Assembly: GCF_018350175.1 (NCBI RefSeq)
Contig: NC_058368.1
Coordinates: 132,186,001 to 132,250,000 of the forward strand
Length of the DNA: 64,000 nucleotides
Direction: 5' to 3'
Source: Felis catus
Lineage: Eukaryota
Positions 1 through 15,826 of this stretch are shown here, piece after piece (position 1 is the first letter of the stretch; every line of letters starts with the position of its first letter). Both the position numbers and the translations under genes were made by a program. The notes under the pieces are model-generated. The model saw only the letters and a list, made by a program, of their open reading frames with translations. It ran no database searches and had not been told where the DNA came from.

Positions 1-255
1 TCTATAAAATAGGAATAATAACAGCAATGCCTAGGCTCATGGTGCTGTTGATTATGATCAAATATAACAGGGTCCAGAAAATGTTTTATAAACTATAACA
101 TTTTATTTATTATTACATGGCTGAGCAGTGGAACCATTTATCATTAAAAAGACTAGCTATAAGGTAGATTACAACTGTAATATGGATTACCACCTCAATG
201 ATTTGTCACTTTGTTTTAATAAGCATTTACTTCATGAAATCTAAGTATTTGGCTC

Positions 256-441
256 AATGTTTCTCAAAGTATGGTTCCTGAACCAGTAGCACCAGCATCA
301 GTAGCACCTGGATACTTATTACAAGTGCAAATTCTTGGTGTCTATTCCAGACCTACTGATTCAGAAATTGGAGGTAGAACCTAGCAATCTTGTTTGAACA
401 AGACATCCAGGTGATTTTGATGTTCAAATCTGAGGACCACA
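256..441 (+). mobile_element. MER5A-like hAT-Charlie MITE
   Basis: tttctcaaagt...gcaaattct...ccagacctactga-tcagaa...ccaggtgatt...tgaggaccac pattern. Confidence 0.75.
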
Positions 442-612
442 TATCCAGCCAAATATTAGGAAAAAGCAAATATGTATGACTAAAATCAAAGAATGAATAC
501 ATAATATTTGTTATTTTAATCTTTAAAAGCTGTACTGCAAAGATACAGTGGCATAAATTACTACTTTAAAGAAAGCCCCTAAATCTCTGTATTTAAAAAT
601 AATACAATTCTA

Positions 613-731
613 GGGGCGTCTGGGTGGCTCAGTCAGTTAAACGTCTGACTACAGCTCAGGTCATCATCTCACGGTTCATGAGTTCAAGCCTCACATCAGG
701 CTCCATGCTGACAACGTGGAGCCTGCTTCAG

Positions 732-770
<39 letters not shown>

Positions 771-809
771 GAAAATGAATAAAACATTAATAATAATAAT
801 GATAATAAT
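613..809 (+). mobile_element. CAN-SINE (feline type)
   Basis: ggggcgtctgggtggctcagtc head, (CT)n, A-rich tail. Degenerate TSD aataata[c/t]aattct. Confidence 0.93.
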
Positions 810-1728
810 AATAATATAATTCTCTCTACCCAGCCAACTTTATCAACTAACACATTAACATGAATATAATGGTAAGATATAAATTTGAGAATCAGATAAA
901 TGACAGATTTATCTGTGCAACACTCTGGATAAGGAATAAAGGAACAAAACTCTAGGAGGAGTTAACAGTGGTTCAGAAGATAGTTACGTTTTAATTCAGT
1001 GGACTTGGATTTCTCTCAGGAAAAGTCACAACTGTATCTTAAAAATCACCTTTATCCTGAAGACAACACCCCATAGCATCTCAATGCTCTTATTCAGGCC
1101 AAGGAAGTGTTTCATCATTTACTCAGAGAAAAGACCATTACTTAGACTGAATCACCAGCAATGTTTCCTACAGCATTAGATTTGTCACTGGGTCTGCTAA
1201 GCAACAGAGAAAAACAGTCTCAAAACTTCTTATCTTAAAAGATATCATATGAGAAATCTATCAACATCATTCCCAAATTCAAAGTTTGTCATTTACCACT
1301 AATAAAACATATGCGGGACAGTCATAGGTGAGAACACCAAGAGTCTTGTGAGATTGCAATAGAAAGTTCTTTGAGACCTTTCTTGTTTAATCTTTTTTTC
1401 CATTTTTAAAGGTTTTGGTGTCCTCAAGACACCCAACACCACCCTAGAAAGATCAGAGTGAAACATCCCAATTAAGAACTGCCACCTCCTAAGAAAATTA
1501 ACAATTCCAAACTCTCATTTCCTACACTGGAGAAAACTAGCACGAATAAATAATTGCCAGAATAATTAGTTCCTTTTGCTCATCCACTCATCTACAAACC
1601 TTTCTTGACTGCCTAGCATATTCCAGATAGTATTCTAGGTGCCAAATGAGTCTAGAGAGATGCACAGATGTCAGTGAGGGAGGAAGAGATTCTATGTGTC
1701 TAGGATTCAGTTTCTCAGTCAACCAAAT

Positions 1729-1915
1729 CAGTAGTACTCAAACTCTAGCAAGCATCACAATCACCTGGAGAGCTTGTTAAAACATAGACTGTGGAGGCCA
1801 ATTCAGAGTTTCTATTCAGTAGGTCTGAGGTGGGCCCCCCAAATTAGCACTTTCTAATAAATTCTCAGATGATGTTGATGCTGCTGGTCCAGCAACCACA
1901 CTTTGAGAACCACTT
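1729..1915 (-). mobile_element. MER5A-like MITE, inverted relative to the copy at 256-441
   Basis: caatcacctggagagcttgttaaaac...ttcagtaggtctg...ccacactttgagaaccact. Confidence 0.75.
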
Positions 1916-4086
1916 ACCAAGCAAGACAAATGGCAGCTCTTCACACTATCCCTGCCAACAAGTACTGTACGTGTCTCTTCCAAAGAAGGCAATGGCCTCA
2001 TGACTGCTATCATAATCACACACAAGTGAGCAGAATTCCAGTTGCCAGAACCACCTCAAATATCTAGAACCAGTGGCTCCAGAACAAAACGAAGAAGTTC
2101 GAAAAACAGAAAATTCTCTTTCCAGGGGCTTTTCTCCCTCTTTGTTTTTCTTTTTGTTTTATCCCCTACCACAAGAAATCATTTTTGTATTATGATTTCT
2201 CGATGCCAGTGTTATGGAAAAGAATAAAACTCCTTTAGATTTTTCATACATCTTGAATACAAAGTTTTTCTTCTAAATTCAGTTCTTATAGCCTAACCCC
2301 CACCCTTTTTGTTGAACTATCTCCTTTTTGAACAAAAGAATCCTAGGGTTAGAAGGAACACTGAGAATTCACTTAATCCCTCCTTGGCCTCAGACAAGAC
2401 TGTGTCTAAATCATCCCCAAATATAGCAATTTTCAGTACAAAGACGAACAGGCACTAAGAATTTCTCATTCAACATTCTGTCACAGAATTGAAGATACTA
2501 ATATACTTTCCTTCAACCTTTTCTTCTCTGAGCTAACCAACTTCAACAGTTAGACTTTCCTCATTAGACTTCCTAAACTTTATTCTAACTCTTCTTTAAC
2601 AACTTTATCCTCCCTTATACTTCAGGGTCTTAATCATGTATATACTGATATCATAAAGACTTTTTTTTGGTATGTGAAAGGGATAAATTAGCTTACAGAT
2701 TGAATAAAAATGAATTTATTGGAACAAAGAAACATATCTGTATAAATGCCACCAAAATATAATAAAATGGCATTCACTTGAACAATTAATTTCAAATATC
2801 CTTTATTTTATTAAAATACATAATAATGCTTTATCGTTTTTAGAACTTTACAATATAAATCACTAGCCATTTCACACATAAAATGGGTGGGAACTAGAGA
2901 TCCTTTAAAATAAGCCACAAATTATATATAACCATGTTTTATGACACCTCACATAGGAGAAGAAATTATTCTTAGTAGTAGTAGTAGTAGTAATTTGTGG
3001 GTTTTTTGATGTTTTATATACTGCTTACTACTGAAGTTGGAATTATAGCTAATCAGTGATTTAATTCTGTATGAGTCTGAAAATATTGAACATATTATAT
3101 AATAATCTTTCTGTGAAAATAATTTCTCTGATTCCAGCCTTGAGAATCAGAGGTGTTTAGAAATTCAGTGAGTACCAGACAAGATAGGGTAAAGTCCACG
3201 TTAAATCATATGTTTCTGGGCAGTTTAGAAAGGGAACATAGGTAATACACTGGAAATGGGGTAAAATGGGGTGATTCACTTTACTTCGATTCCTCCCATT
3301 CTAAATATCACTATTCAAAATCAGTCTTTCTTTTTGGAATGGTGAGGTACTCTAACCCAGCCTAGGCCTGACGGATAGGGTTGTTTCCTCGTCTATTGGG
3401 ACCAAGGTGTACGGTGGAGGCGATGCATTTAGTCTCCAGAGAGAAGGAAGATGCTGCTTGCACAGCACTTCTACTCACCAGTCCATGCAGCAGCAAGGGT
3501 GTTGGCTTTGAAGGAAGCCAACTGTCCTGCTCTCCCAGCCAGAGGTAAAGAATTGCATTGGTGGCCACTAGAGGGAGGAGGATTAGGAATAGAGTAAATT
3601 GTGGGGAAAAGGCACCCATGAAAAACGCACATGGGACAACCAACACATCACCAACCACCGCCTAGCAGCTACCTCTCTGAGGGACTATAATGGGGTCAGC
3701 ATACATCATCAACCCAGAGACCCAGACACCAGGAATTATCGTAGTATCCCAGTATATAGCCCCTTAACTTTGATGGCTGGAGAAGGGAGTTTGAATAGGT
3801 TTGTGGGAAACACACAAGCACACAAACACAAACACGCTAGCACACAGACATACATTCTCATCCCCCATTACAAGAAGTTGCATCTGTGCCGTCTGATTCT
3901 TGCTCATTTTCTTATTTAAAACTCTTGATGTTCTTTACCAAGAATGTGTTCACGAAAAGCAAACAGCCCACCTTCAAGATAGTCTTGGGAGAAGCACCAG
4001 CAGAGACACTCATTGTGCCAAGATGTATTTTACCAACAACTCTGTACAAATTACACGAGGTTAAAAACAAACGGAATATAATATAA

Positions 4087-4428
<342 letters not shown>

Positions 4429-4769
4429 TCAGATAGTTATCATTTCTTTTGAAGAAGAAAATGTCATAAAGTAAGTCTCATAGGAAATTTAAGATAACTT
4501 TTAGAACACATGCACTTATATTGAATTTTTCTCCCCCCATTTTCATGGGTAATTTAGAGACATTTCCCTCAACTGCCTTGTTTGGTTATAAAAATATTAT
4601 TCAAGCAGGCACTGAGAAAATAGTCACATGGAAAGAGCAATATGGCCTAACCTTACACAAATTTTATATCCTTAGGCAAACCATTTTATCTTTATTACGA
4701 TAAAGATTTTTATCTTTAATTTCACCACCTGTAAAACAGAAATAATAAAGCCTGCTCCTCTGTATCTCA

Positions 4770-5006
<237 letters not shown>

Positions 5007-5113
5007 CTAAAAATGTGAAACCTCATTTACCACAGTGCCCCTTATTAACTGCACTGGAGTGTACAATGAATAGCCATTTCCATTTTAGAGATGGGATTCT
5101 TGACCATTTTCTT

Positions 5114-5117
5114 TCTC

Positions 5118-5179
<62 letters not shown>

Positions 5180-5374
5180 CTTTCTTTCTTTTTATCTTTA
5201 TTTTTGAGAGAGAGAACGAGCAGGGGAGGGGCAGGGAGAGAGTGGGACAGAGGATCTGAAGTGGGCTCCTAGCTGACATCAGAGAGCTTGATGTGGAGCT
5301 TGAACTCACAAACCATGAGATCATGACCTGAGCTGAAGTTGGACTCTTAACCCACTGAGACACCCAGGTGCCCC
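5114..5374 (-). mobile_element. CAN-SINE with (TTTC)n tail
   Basis: Exact TSD ttgaccattttctt at 5100-5113 and 5375-5388. Confidence 0.95.
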
Positions 5375-5679
5375 TTGACCATTTTCTTAAGTACAAATTA
5401 ACATGATAATTTTCCATGTGAATGTCAAGAAGGTATTAATGACATTTATAATGTCATTAATGAAAAGAAAGGAAAAATTTACCTGGAATAAACACATGGA
5501 ACTAGCAAGAGAAAATATAACAAAAGGAATAATTGGGGATGAGAGTGAGAGTAGGAAGTAGACTTTCTTGTCTAAAACTTAAAATGGTAATTATGTGAAT
5601 ATGAGGTAAAGAGAACTTGTGGTATTGTCACACAGACAGATAGAACAAGGAGCCAAACAGTTAAGAAATAAACCGAAGT

Positions 5680-6335
5680 GAATGCAAACTGGTACAGCCA
5701 CTCTGGAAAACAGTATGGAGGTTCCTCAAAAAAGTAAAAATAGAACTACCCTACGACCCAGCAATTGCACTACTAGGTATGTATCCAAGGGATACAGGTA
5801 TGCTGTTTCAAAGGGGCACATGCACCCCAATGTTTATAGCAGCACTATTGACCATAACTTAAGTATGGAAAGAGCCCAAATGTCCATCGATGGATGAATG
5901 GATAAAGACAGTGTGGTATATATATACAATGGAGTATTAGTCGGCAATCAAAAAGAATGAAATCTTGCCATTTGCAACTACATGGATGGAACTAGAGGGT
6001 ATTATGCTAAGCGAAATTAGTCAGTCAGAGAGAAAGACAAATATCATATGACTTCATTCATATGAGGACTTTAAGACACAGAACAAATGAACACAAGGGA
6101 AGAGAAGCAAAAATAATATAAAAACAGGGAGGGGGACAAAACACAAGAGACTCTTAAATATGGAGAACAAACAGAGGGTTACTGGAGAGGTTGTGGGAAG
6201 GGGGATGGGCTAAATGGGTAAGGGGCATTAAGGAATCTACTCCTGAAATCACTGTTGCACTATATGCTAATTAACTTGGATGTAAATTAAAATAAATAAA
6301 TACATAAAAAGACATAAAAAAAGAAACATAAAAAA
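5680..6335 (+). mobile_element. 5'-truncated carnivore L1 (ORF2 end, 3'UTR, A tail) nested in an older L1
   Basis: Typical L1 3' sequence (gcaaactggtacagccactctggaaaacagtatggagg). 17-bp TSD aagaaataaacc[g/c]aagt at 5663-5679 and 6336-6352. Confidence 0.9.
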
Positions 6336-6352
6336 AAGAAATAAACCCAAGT

Positions 6353-7350
6353 ACATATGGGAATTAGTATATGACAAAGGAAACATTAATCGACATGATA
6401 TGACAAAAGAAACATTAATTGGGGAAATTAGTAAAGGAAAGATAATAAGAAATGGGACTAAACAAAAGACTAACCTTTTGGGAAAAAAAAAGGAATTGCT
6501 GAATTTATATCTCATTCTTTACATGCAAATAAATACCACAATCCACTCTTAGGTATAAAGCCAAAAGAAATGAAAACAGATACCCAAACAAATATTTGTA
6601 TACACATGTGCATAGTAGTACTATTTCCAATAGCCAAGTGTGGAAACAACTCAAATACCCACCAATTGTGGCATATATAATACAGTGGAATACTATTCAG
6701 CCATAAAAAGGAATGAAGTATTGACACATGCTTCAATATTATGTTAAATGGAAGATATTTCAAAATATTTATCAAAAATATTATGCTAAACCGAAGAGGC
6801 TAGGCAGAAAAAGTCATATACTATATGCTTCCATTTTTATGCAATATCCAGAACAGGTAAATCCATAGAGACAGAAAGCAGACCGGTGGTTGCCAGGGGC
6901 TGAGGAATAGAGAGTAATTGCTTGATGGACACACAGGGTTTCTTTCGACACGACAAAAATGTTTTGGAATGTACTAAATGCCATTAAATTGTTCACTTGA
7001 AAATGATTACATTCTTATATGAATTTCACTTCAATAAAAACAATGAAAAAATGAGAGAAAAATAAATGCCAGATGGGTAAGTATTTAAATGTAAACACAG
7101 ATAAATAATAAAATGCTAAAAAGAAAGTGTGGGAGAACTTAAAAAAATAACATTGGGGTATGAAAGCTTTTCAAGCATGACAAAAACCTCAGAAATTATA
7201 AAGAATGTTTAATAAATATGCATGCATAATTTTTTAAAACTCTATAGAAAAACGATGACTTAAACAGTTAAAAAATATGTGATTGGAAAAAGGGTCATTA
7301 GCTCTACTATACAAAAACTCCTATAAATAAATAAGATGATAATTTTGATA
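6353..7350 (+). mobile_element. Old L1M fragments, including an L1 3' end at about 6540-7045
   Basis: ccactcttaggtata...gaaatgaaaaca...ggaatactattcagccataaaaaggaatgaagta...ggttgccaggggctga. Boundaries approximate. Confidence 0.75.
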
Positions 7351-9637
7351 ATGATTACACAATTTGACAATGACAAACATGACAGCTTAATTTTTTGTTA
7401 GCATGATAGCTTCTTTAAAAACTTTATCAGGCCAGATGAACCAACCAGGCCAAAAGGAACTAAAAGGGTCCTGGTGCACAGAGCCTCTGAGTCTCTGGAC
7501 CTCTGCCATGTGTCTTTAATACTATAGACTATTTCCATTCCTCCAACACTATCTGCCTGGCAAATTACTTGTACTTTCTTGACTTCATATATGTTGTGAA
7601 AATTCATTTAATTGTCAAAAATAAATTGAATTAATCTTATGAGATAGGAACACACAACCCAATTGTAAGAATTATTTAGTCTTAAATTTTTCTGGTACTT
7701 TGACATTTTTATTTTTGATTCTTCTAGTAGTTTTTGTCTCATTTAACACATCAATTTTACTTAGACTATATAAAATATCTGAGACTGTATAATATGAAGT
7801 AGTAAAAATAAAAATAAAAACAACCCCCCTACTGCCAGAATCTTTGAATTCTCCTTCAATTTTAGCTCTCATATCCCATTTTCTCAACCAGTTAATGAAT
7901 GGATCCTAATTTGCTTTTGCTGGTAGTATTCTATAGTCCAGAAAAATACCAAGCATTTAAGAAGAACTGAATAAGAATTTACTGAATAAGAGATGTGGCA
8001 TTATGACAGATCATTATTAAAGGGAAAAATTTGATGTTAGAAATCTTATTTTTGAGTCTTATCAACATGGAAAAGAATCCAAAATTATAGTATAAAAATA
8101 AAGACTTTTTCTTAAATAAAGGAACGGCCAGATAATACTAGTGTTCTATCTAAAGAAGCATTCTAGATATAGTCTTAGTTTTCAAAGATTTAAGTCAAAG
8201 GTGATATTTCCAGGGGAATGAGAATCCATCCAGTTTTCACCAGGGGTTCCTGAAGAGTTTAAATCTGTCTTAAAGGATCAAACATCAAATAAATAGAATT
8301 CCACTTCTTCCCATGTTGAGATAACTGGTACTGGACTTGCCATCCAAACATAAACAACCGGAAAACTCACAAAACATATGAATCAGCTGTTCTTAAGATG
8401 TTGCCCAGGACTGTGACACAGGTAAGAAGACAAAAAAGGTGAGTGGTAGAAGTACTTTCTGTCAGTGTAGAATGGAAGAACCCAAGCAAACCATGGTTGT
8501 CTCACTGAGCTAGAAGAAAGAAATCAGAAATTGGGAAGGCCAAGAGAGTTGGAATTTGCAGGACCAGGGATCTAGAGCAGAAAGAGGGAATCTTTTTCTG
8601 AAGAGCAATCTACATATGCATAGGAGAAAATTCCACAAAGCCAGACCAAAAAAAAAAAAAAAAAAAAAAAAATCCTACTAGGGAACTATAAGCAAAAAAA
8701 TGTCCAGAGCAAGAATTCACAGTTTTAACCACTAAGACATTCAGGAGAGACCCAAGAAAAATCATGCCTTTTTTTAGTAGGGCTGAGCAAACTCAAGAAT
8801 AAAAGATCCTCTGCACTTACCCAAACAAAGCTCAAAAACAAGTCTCAAAAGATTAGCTCATCTACAAGTTATTTAACACTATTTAAAGGAAGAAAACAAA
8901 ATCCAGACTCTCAAAAAATATTCATAATGTACAACATCCAATAAAAAATTACTACAAATGGAAAGAAGCAGGAAAATATGGCCCAAACCAAGGAAAAAGC
9001 TAAGTAAAAGAAACAGACCCAAAATGACAGAAATTATGGAATTAGCAATAACTTTCAAACAGCTATTATAATATACTCAAGGATTTTAAAGGAAAACAAA
9101 TATAGTAACAAGAAACTAGAAGATATATTTAGATGGATGCTCAAATCTATACAAAGAAAGGAACCATGCCAGATAAGGTAATTATGTAGGTAAATAGAAA
9201 ATAATTTTTCTTGTTTTTAGATTAAAAAAAAGTAATTGGCTCTTTAAAACTAAAATAATGACAATGTATTATGCAGTTTATAACATATAGAGAAATACAA
9301 TGTATTCAAAAAATAAGACAAAGGATGGAAGGAGACAATGGGTATAAACTATTGTAAGGGTCTTGCATTATACAAAAATGGCGTAACATTATTTGAAGGT
9401 GTACTGTGATAAAGATGAATTTTTTACATGCTAGCATAACCATTAAATAAAACAAACTATATAACTAATAAACCACTGGTACAGATCAAATGGAATGGTA
9501 TAAAACACGTGCTTAACCTAAAAGACAAATAAGAACAATAATTGGGATAAAAATACATAAAACAAATAGAAAAATAGCAAGGTGGTAGACTTAAACTGGA
9601 TGATTTTGATAATTACATTAAATATAAATGATCCAGA

Positions 9638-9840
9638 CAAGGGGTTTGCAAATATGACCCACCACCTGTTTTGTAAAGAAAGCTTTATTGGATCACGGCC
9701 ACACTCCTTCATTAATGTATTACCTGTGTCAGCTTTCACACTACAATAGGAGAAGTAAATAGCTGAGAAAGACTGCATGTCATACAAAGCTGAAAATATT
9801 TATTATCTGGCCTTTTACAGAAAATTGGTCAACCACCATG
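9638..9840 (+). mobile_element. MER58A-like hAT MITE
   Basis: cctgttttgtaaa...tttattggatcacggccacac...aaaatattta-tatctggccttttacagaaaa. Confidence 0.8.
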
Positions 9841-9934
9841 CCCCCAATCTAGAAATTGCAATTAAAAAAGCAAAGATTGTTAGACACAATAAAAAAAATA
9901 AAAATCAACCACATGTGGTCTACAAGAAACATTT

Positions 9935-10141
9935 CTTCAAAGTTTTGTTTTCTATTTTGAGAGAGAGAGAGAGAGAGAGGGAGAGCACGTGCACACAAGT
10001 GGGGTTGGGGCAGAGAGAGAGAAGGAGAGAGAGAATCCCTCTACACTGATAGAGCCCAATACAGGGCTTGAACTCATGAACTGAGAGATCATGACCTGAG
10101 CCAAAGTTGAATGCTTAACCTAATGAGCCACTCAGGTGCCC
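9935..10141 (-). mobile_element. CAN-SINE
   Basis: TSD ctacaagaaacattt at 9920-9934 and 10142-10156. Confidence 0.95.
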
Positions 10142-11592
10142 CTACAAGAAACATTTTAAATTCAGAAACATCTACATGTGAAAAATGGATGGATGGAAAA
10201 AGATTTGCCATGCAAACACTAATTTGGGTGAAATCTGGATGGCTATATTATTATCAGACAAATAGACTTTGGGTAATAGATTATTATCAGGGATAAAGAG
10301 GAACATTTGATAATAATACAATGCTCAATATATCAAGAAGATATAATAATCTTAAATGTCTGTACATCTAATAACAAAGTTGCAAAATAAATGACACAAA
10401 GTCTTAGAAATTAATGTGAGAAATAAGCAAACTCACAGTTCTTTCAAGAGATTTCAACATGATTCTATAACTGCTTAAACAAGGGAGAAAATAAGTAAGA
10501 ATATAGAAAACTTCAACAAAACTATTAACTGATTTACTCTAACTGACATTTATGGAATGCTAAACCCGATAACACCGGAATATATATTCTTCTCAAGTGC
10601 ACATGGAACATTTACTATGATAGACCATATGCTGGGCCATAAAACAAATCTCAACAAAAGAATGAAAACCATACAAAGTATGTTCTCTCTCCATATGAGA
10701 ATTAAACTAGACATCAGTAACAAAAAAGATCTGGGGAATCCTCAAATATTTAGAAATTAAATAATATCTTCTAAGCATGAATCACAATGTAAATAAAAAA
10801 TTTTAAACTGAGTGATAATGAATATACAATGTATCAAAACATATGGGGTAAAGTTAAAGCAGCACTTAGTGGTAAATTTATAGTGCAAAATGCTTATTTT
10901 AGAGTAGAAAAAAATTTTAAACCAATAATCTATCTTGAGAAGCTAAAAAATAACAAACACAAAGTGAATACCAAAAACAGGAAACAATAAAGACAACAGT
11001 GGGAATCGATGTAATGAAAAATGGAGAAATAATAGAAAAAATTATTTAAATCAACAGCTTGTTCTTTGAAAAGATCAATAAAATTAACAAACCCCTCATT
11101 AGCATGATCAAGAAAAAGAGACACTACAATAAAAAGGATACGATTAACTCAAGAGATAGAGAAAAAGCATTTGACAAAATTCCACATTTGTTCATGATAT
11201 AAATACTATTTATTATATCAGAAAGCATGAAATATTTAGTGGTAGATTTAACAAAAAAAATAGGTGCAAGACCCGTACACTGAGAAATATACACTGGTGA
11301 ACAAATATAAAGATTTAAATAAATATGGAGGTAAATCTTTCCATGTACTGGAAAATAATATCTTTAAGATGTCAATTCTCCCCCAGTTGATCCACACATT
11401 CTATGTAATCTCTTTTTGTAGAAATTGACAAATTAATTCTAAAATGCATGCATAAATGTAAAGGACCTAGAAAAGCAAAAATTATTTTGAGAAAGAACAA
11501 CAAATTTGAGAACCTAATGCTCCTAATTTTCAAATTCTACTGGAAATCTCCATTAATTAATACAATGTAGTTTTTAAGGATAGACACCCACA

Positions 11593-11703
11593 GGGATGCC
11601 TGGGTGGGTCAGTCAGTTAAGTGTCTGACTCTTGGTTTGGGCTCAGGTCATGATCCCAGAGTCGTGGGATCAAGCCCTGTGCTGAGCATGGAACCTGCTT
11701 GGG

Positions 11704-11751
<48 letters not shown>

Positions 11752-11845
11752 CCTCCCCCACTCATGTGCTCTCGAAATAAGTAAGTAAGTAAGTAAGTAA
11801 GTAAAAACCCATCTTGGTTTGCGTGCTATAAAAAATTTAAAAAGA
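11593..11845 (+). mobile_element. CAN-SINE with (TAAG)n tail and an extra unique 3' segment
   Basis: TSD aaggatagacac at 11576-11587 and 11846-11857. Confidence 0.92.
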
Positions 11846-13272
11846 AAGGATAGACACAGACATATATATCAATGAGAGGGAAGAGAAATAGCATACATTC
11901 ATGTTCAATTGATCTTTAACAGCAGTGTCAAGGTAATTCAATAGGAGAAATGATGGTCTTTTCAACAAATAGCGCTATCTATAGTAATTGAATATCTATA
12001 TGAAAAAAATTGAACACTTACTTTATATCTTATATAAGAACTCAAAATGGGCCATATATCTAAACATAAGAGCTAAAACTATAACTTCTTGAAGAGACAT
12101 TGAAGACAATATTTGCAACCTTGAGGGTGGCAAAATTTGTAAGGTAGGACACAAAAGCATAATCCATGAACAAATTAATAAATTAAATTTCATGAAAATT
12201 GAAATACCCATTAAACAGGAATAAATAAGCCACTGCCTAGGAAAAAGTAGTCATAAAACATATAGTTGAACAAAGGCTTGTATCTAGAATATACAAAGGA
12301 TCCTTATAATTTGATTAAAAGAAAAAAATGTAAAGTAGGCAAAATATTTGTTGAGACACTCCACAAAAAAGATATTTCCAAGGGTAAATTTTAAAAGGCC
12401 GCCAGTATCAAGTATTGACAAGAATGTAGAGCAACCAGACTCTTCTATATCATTTGGGAGAATATAAGTGATACAACCACTTTGGAAAATAGTTTAGTAA
12501 TTTCTTATAAAGTTAAACGTGTACTTATCATAGGAGCAGGCCATTTTACTCCTAGGTTTTTATCCAGAAGAAATGAAAATATATGTCTATACAATGTTTA
12601 CCTATAACTGCTCAAAGAAGCTTTATTCATAAGAGTCAAAGAATGGAAATGACCCAATTATCCAATAAGTGAGTACATAAACAAATTATGGTATGTCCCC
12701 ACAAAGAAATGTTATTTAGAAAAAAAAACAAAAAAACAGCAACAACAACAACAACAAAAACTTCAGATGCACTCAACTTATTACTCAAAAATATAGATGA
12801 ATCTCAAAAACATTATCGTGGGTGAAAAATACCAAACATGAGAGTATATAGACTTTATGATCCCATTCACGTGAAATTCCAGAATAAATAAAAATAAACT
12901 ACATATTAACATATGTATATTAATAATTCATATGAATAATTCTATTATTACCTATATATTTATTTACATATCTATAATTTATATATACACATTTACCAGT
13001 ACCCTTCAAAATGTACACTTATAAAAAATAATAAATGCATTTTATCATATATAAATACCTCAATGAAACAGATTTTTAAAAATCAAATAGCCAACTCAGT
13101 GAAGAGCTATAAATTCCTAATTTTTTTGTTTAGCTCTTATGTGTGGTCTTATAAAACTTGCAACTTCCTTCATTTTAGCATGAAAGTGTTCTACTCAAGC
13201 AATATGTCTTTTCACAGCAGGATACTGTGCTGCTTTTCCCCAGTAATTTAAAAATTCTAGCAATATAGGCTA

Positions 13273-13431
<159 letters not shown>

Positions 13432-13740
13432 TTAGTAATGAGTTTCCTTGTTCTTCAAATCTTTACTTGATTGACACTTTATAAAATTACAAAATATGGG
13501 AAAATTCCCCTTTGGGTTCATGAACACATCTATTTTTCTTCTTATCTAAAATATCTCAAGATAATCTTTTAAGCCCCAAGATGTATCATATTGGCTCATG
13601 TTTTGTTTTGTTTTTTTTTTTCCTCAACACATAGCCCTCCCATCAATGCTCTGTGGGAATTTCCATCTTAGGAAAACATGGCTAAATGAAGTCAAGTAGA
13701 AAGGGAATAATATTTCCTTAAAATATCTTACACGAATCTA

Positions 13741-14157
<417 letters not shown>

Positions 14158-15565
14158 TCACCCTCGAGCAAGTTCTTAGCTAACATTTTGCAACATGTAA
14201 GTTTAAAGAAAAAAATTTTTTGATTCCCCAGGAATGTATGTCTATATTTCTAACCTAGATTTCTTTTTCATTTATAGATAGCATGCTCCAAATCTTAAAA
14301 TATTTTATAGTTTGTTGGTAATGGGCTCCTATTTATACCTTCGATTAAGAAATGCAAGAATTAAGAAAAATGGCATATTGTCCTACACAAGGTAATAACA
14401 GCAGGAGTCTTGACTGAGCTTAATGGTTTGACCTTTCTAAATCACTGGCTCTTTTGGAATTGTTAACACCAATTGTTAGTGTCAAGGATTAGTTGTGGAA
14501 TTCAAACCTGGGTAAACTTTTAAAACTGAATACCTGTTTATACTTGCTAACTAAAATTGTCATAAAAAACAAGGAGATGTAAGCATGTGATTTTAGAAGC
14601 TGAAATTCTACCTTTTAGTTTTGCATTTAATCACAGAAGTGTGGATTTTTATATATTTTTGGTACATATTTTGGTACTTGCATTTGTATATATGACCTAT
14701 AGCCATTGATAACAGGCATGTGATCTCTGAATAAAACCTGTGCTTTTTGTCTTTGTTTTCTGAAAAAAAAATTAATACTGTCAGAAATCACACACACATA
14801 CAGGATCATCAGATATATTTGGATGCAAGTAGCCAGAAGGACAGAAACTTTTGTAAGAAATTGTGACACAAAGTAAAACAGATCATGTGTTTATCTCTTC
14901 TTTCTCAATTTCTAAGACTTAGAGTTGTGCTTCTCTTCAAAATAAAATAAAGACAAACAAGAAAAAAGTTACGAGGACAGTGGTATTTGCGACTTTTCTT
15001 ATTATGATCAGATTTATACACAGGTCTAGGAAAATAGCATAGATTTGGTCCAATAACTCTCAACTAGTCTGGATAATTCTCTCAAATAAATGCTTTAATA
15101 AGGTAAAGACTAACTCTATAATGAAAACCATTGTGTTTCAAAATGCTTCAAAAAGAGGCAAAGTAGGAGGAACACAGCTACTTCACACTTTGAGAAAAAA
15201 TACACTATGAAATGTATTAAACAATCTTCCAGTGAAAACATATGGTAGCCATATGAGTAAGAGCTGCATCCTTGTTCCCTCTCTTCCTATCATCTTTGCA
15301 GTCTGTTTGTAAACAGAGCAAAATAATAGAAACTAAAGTCCAAAATATATTCCGAACTTTAGCAATCACTATACATGTAACTAGAACATCAAAATAAATC
15401 ACATTTATGTGATGTTTGAATGCGAATAGGCTATTCTACCTTTATCTATATGTACTGTCAACCTAATTGGAATCTGATTTTCTCTAAAATATAGCTCTCT
15501 TTTATTAAAACTGGGCATAATTTTAATTAAGAGCTAATATCTGAGAAAAGAAGACAGAAGTCTCA

Positions 15566-15826
<261 letters not shown>

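Larger units (their letters stand above)
8300..13080 (+). mobile_element. Long degenerate old L1M with nested SINEs and a MER58
   Basis: ORF2 relic in ORF 10557..10760 (YIFFSSAHGTFTMIDHMLGHKTNLNK), A-rich strand bias, L1 3'-end motifs near 12400-13070. Boundaries approximate. Confidence 0.85.

Noticed and set aside
256..1915. Inverted MER5A pair as a composite transposon or dsRNA stem
   Set aside because: Ancient, diverged copies with no shared TSD seen. Independent insertions are the simpler explanation.
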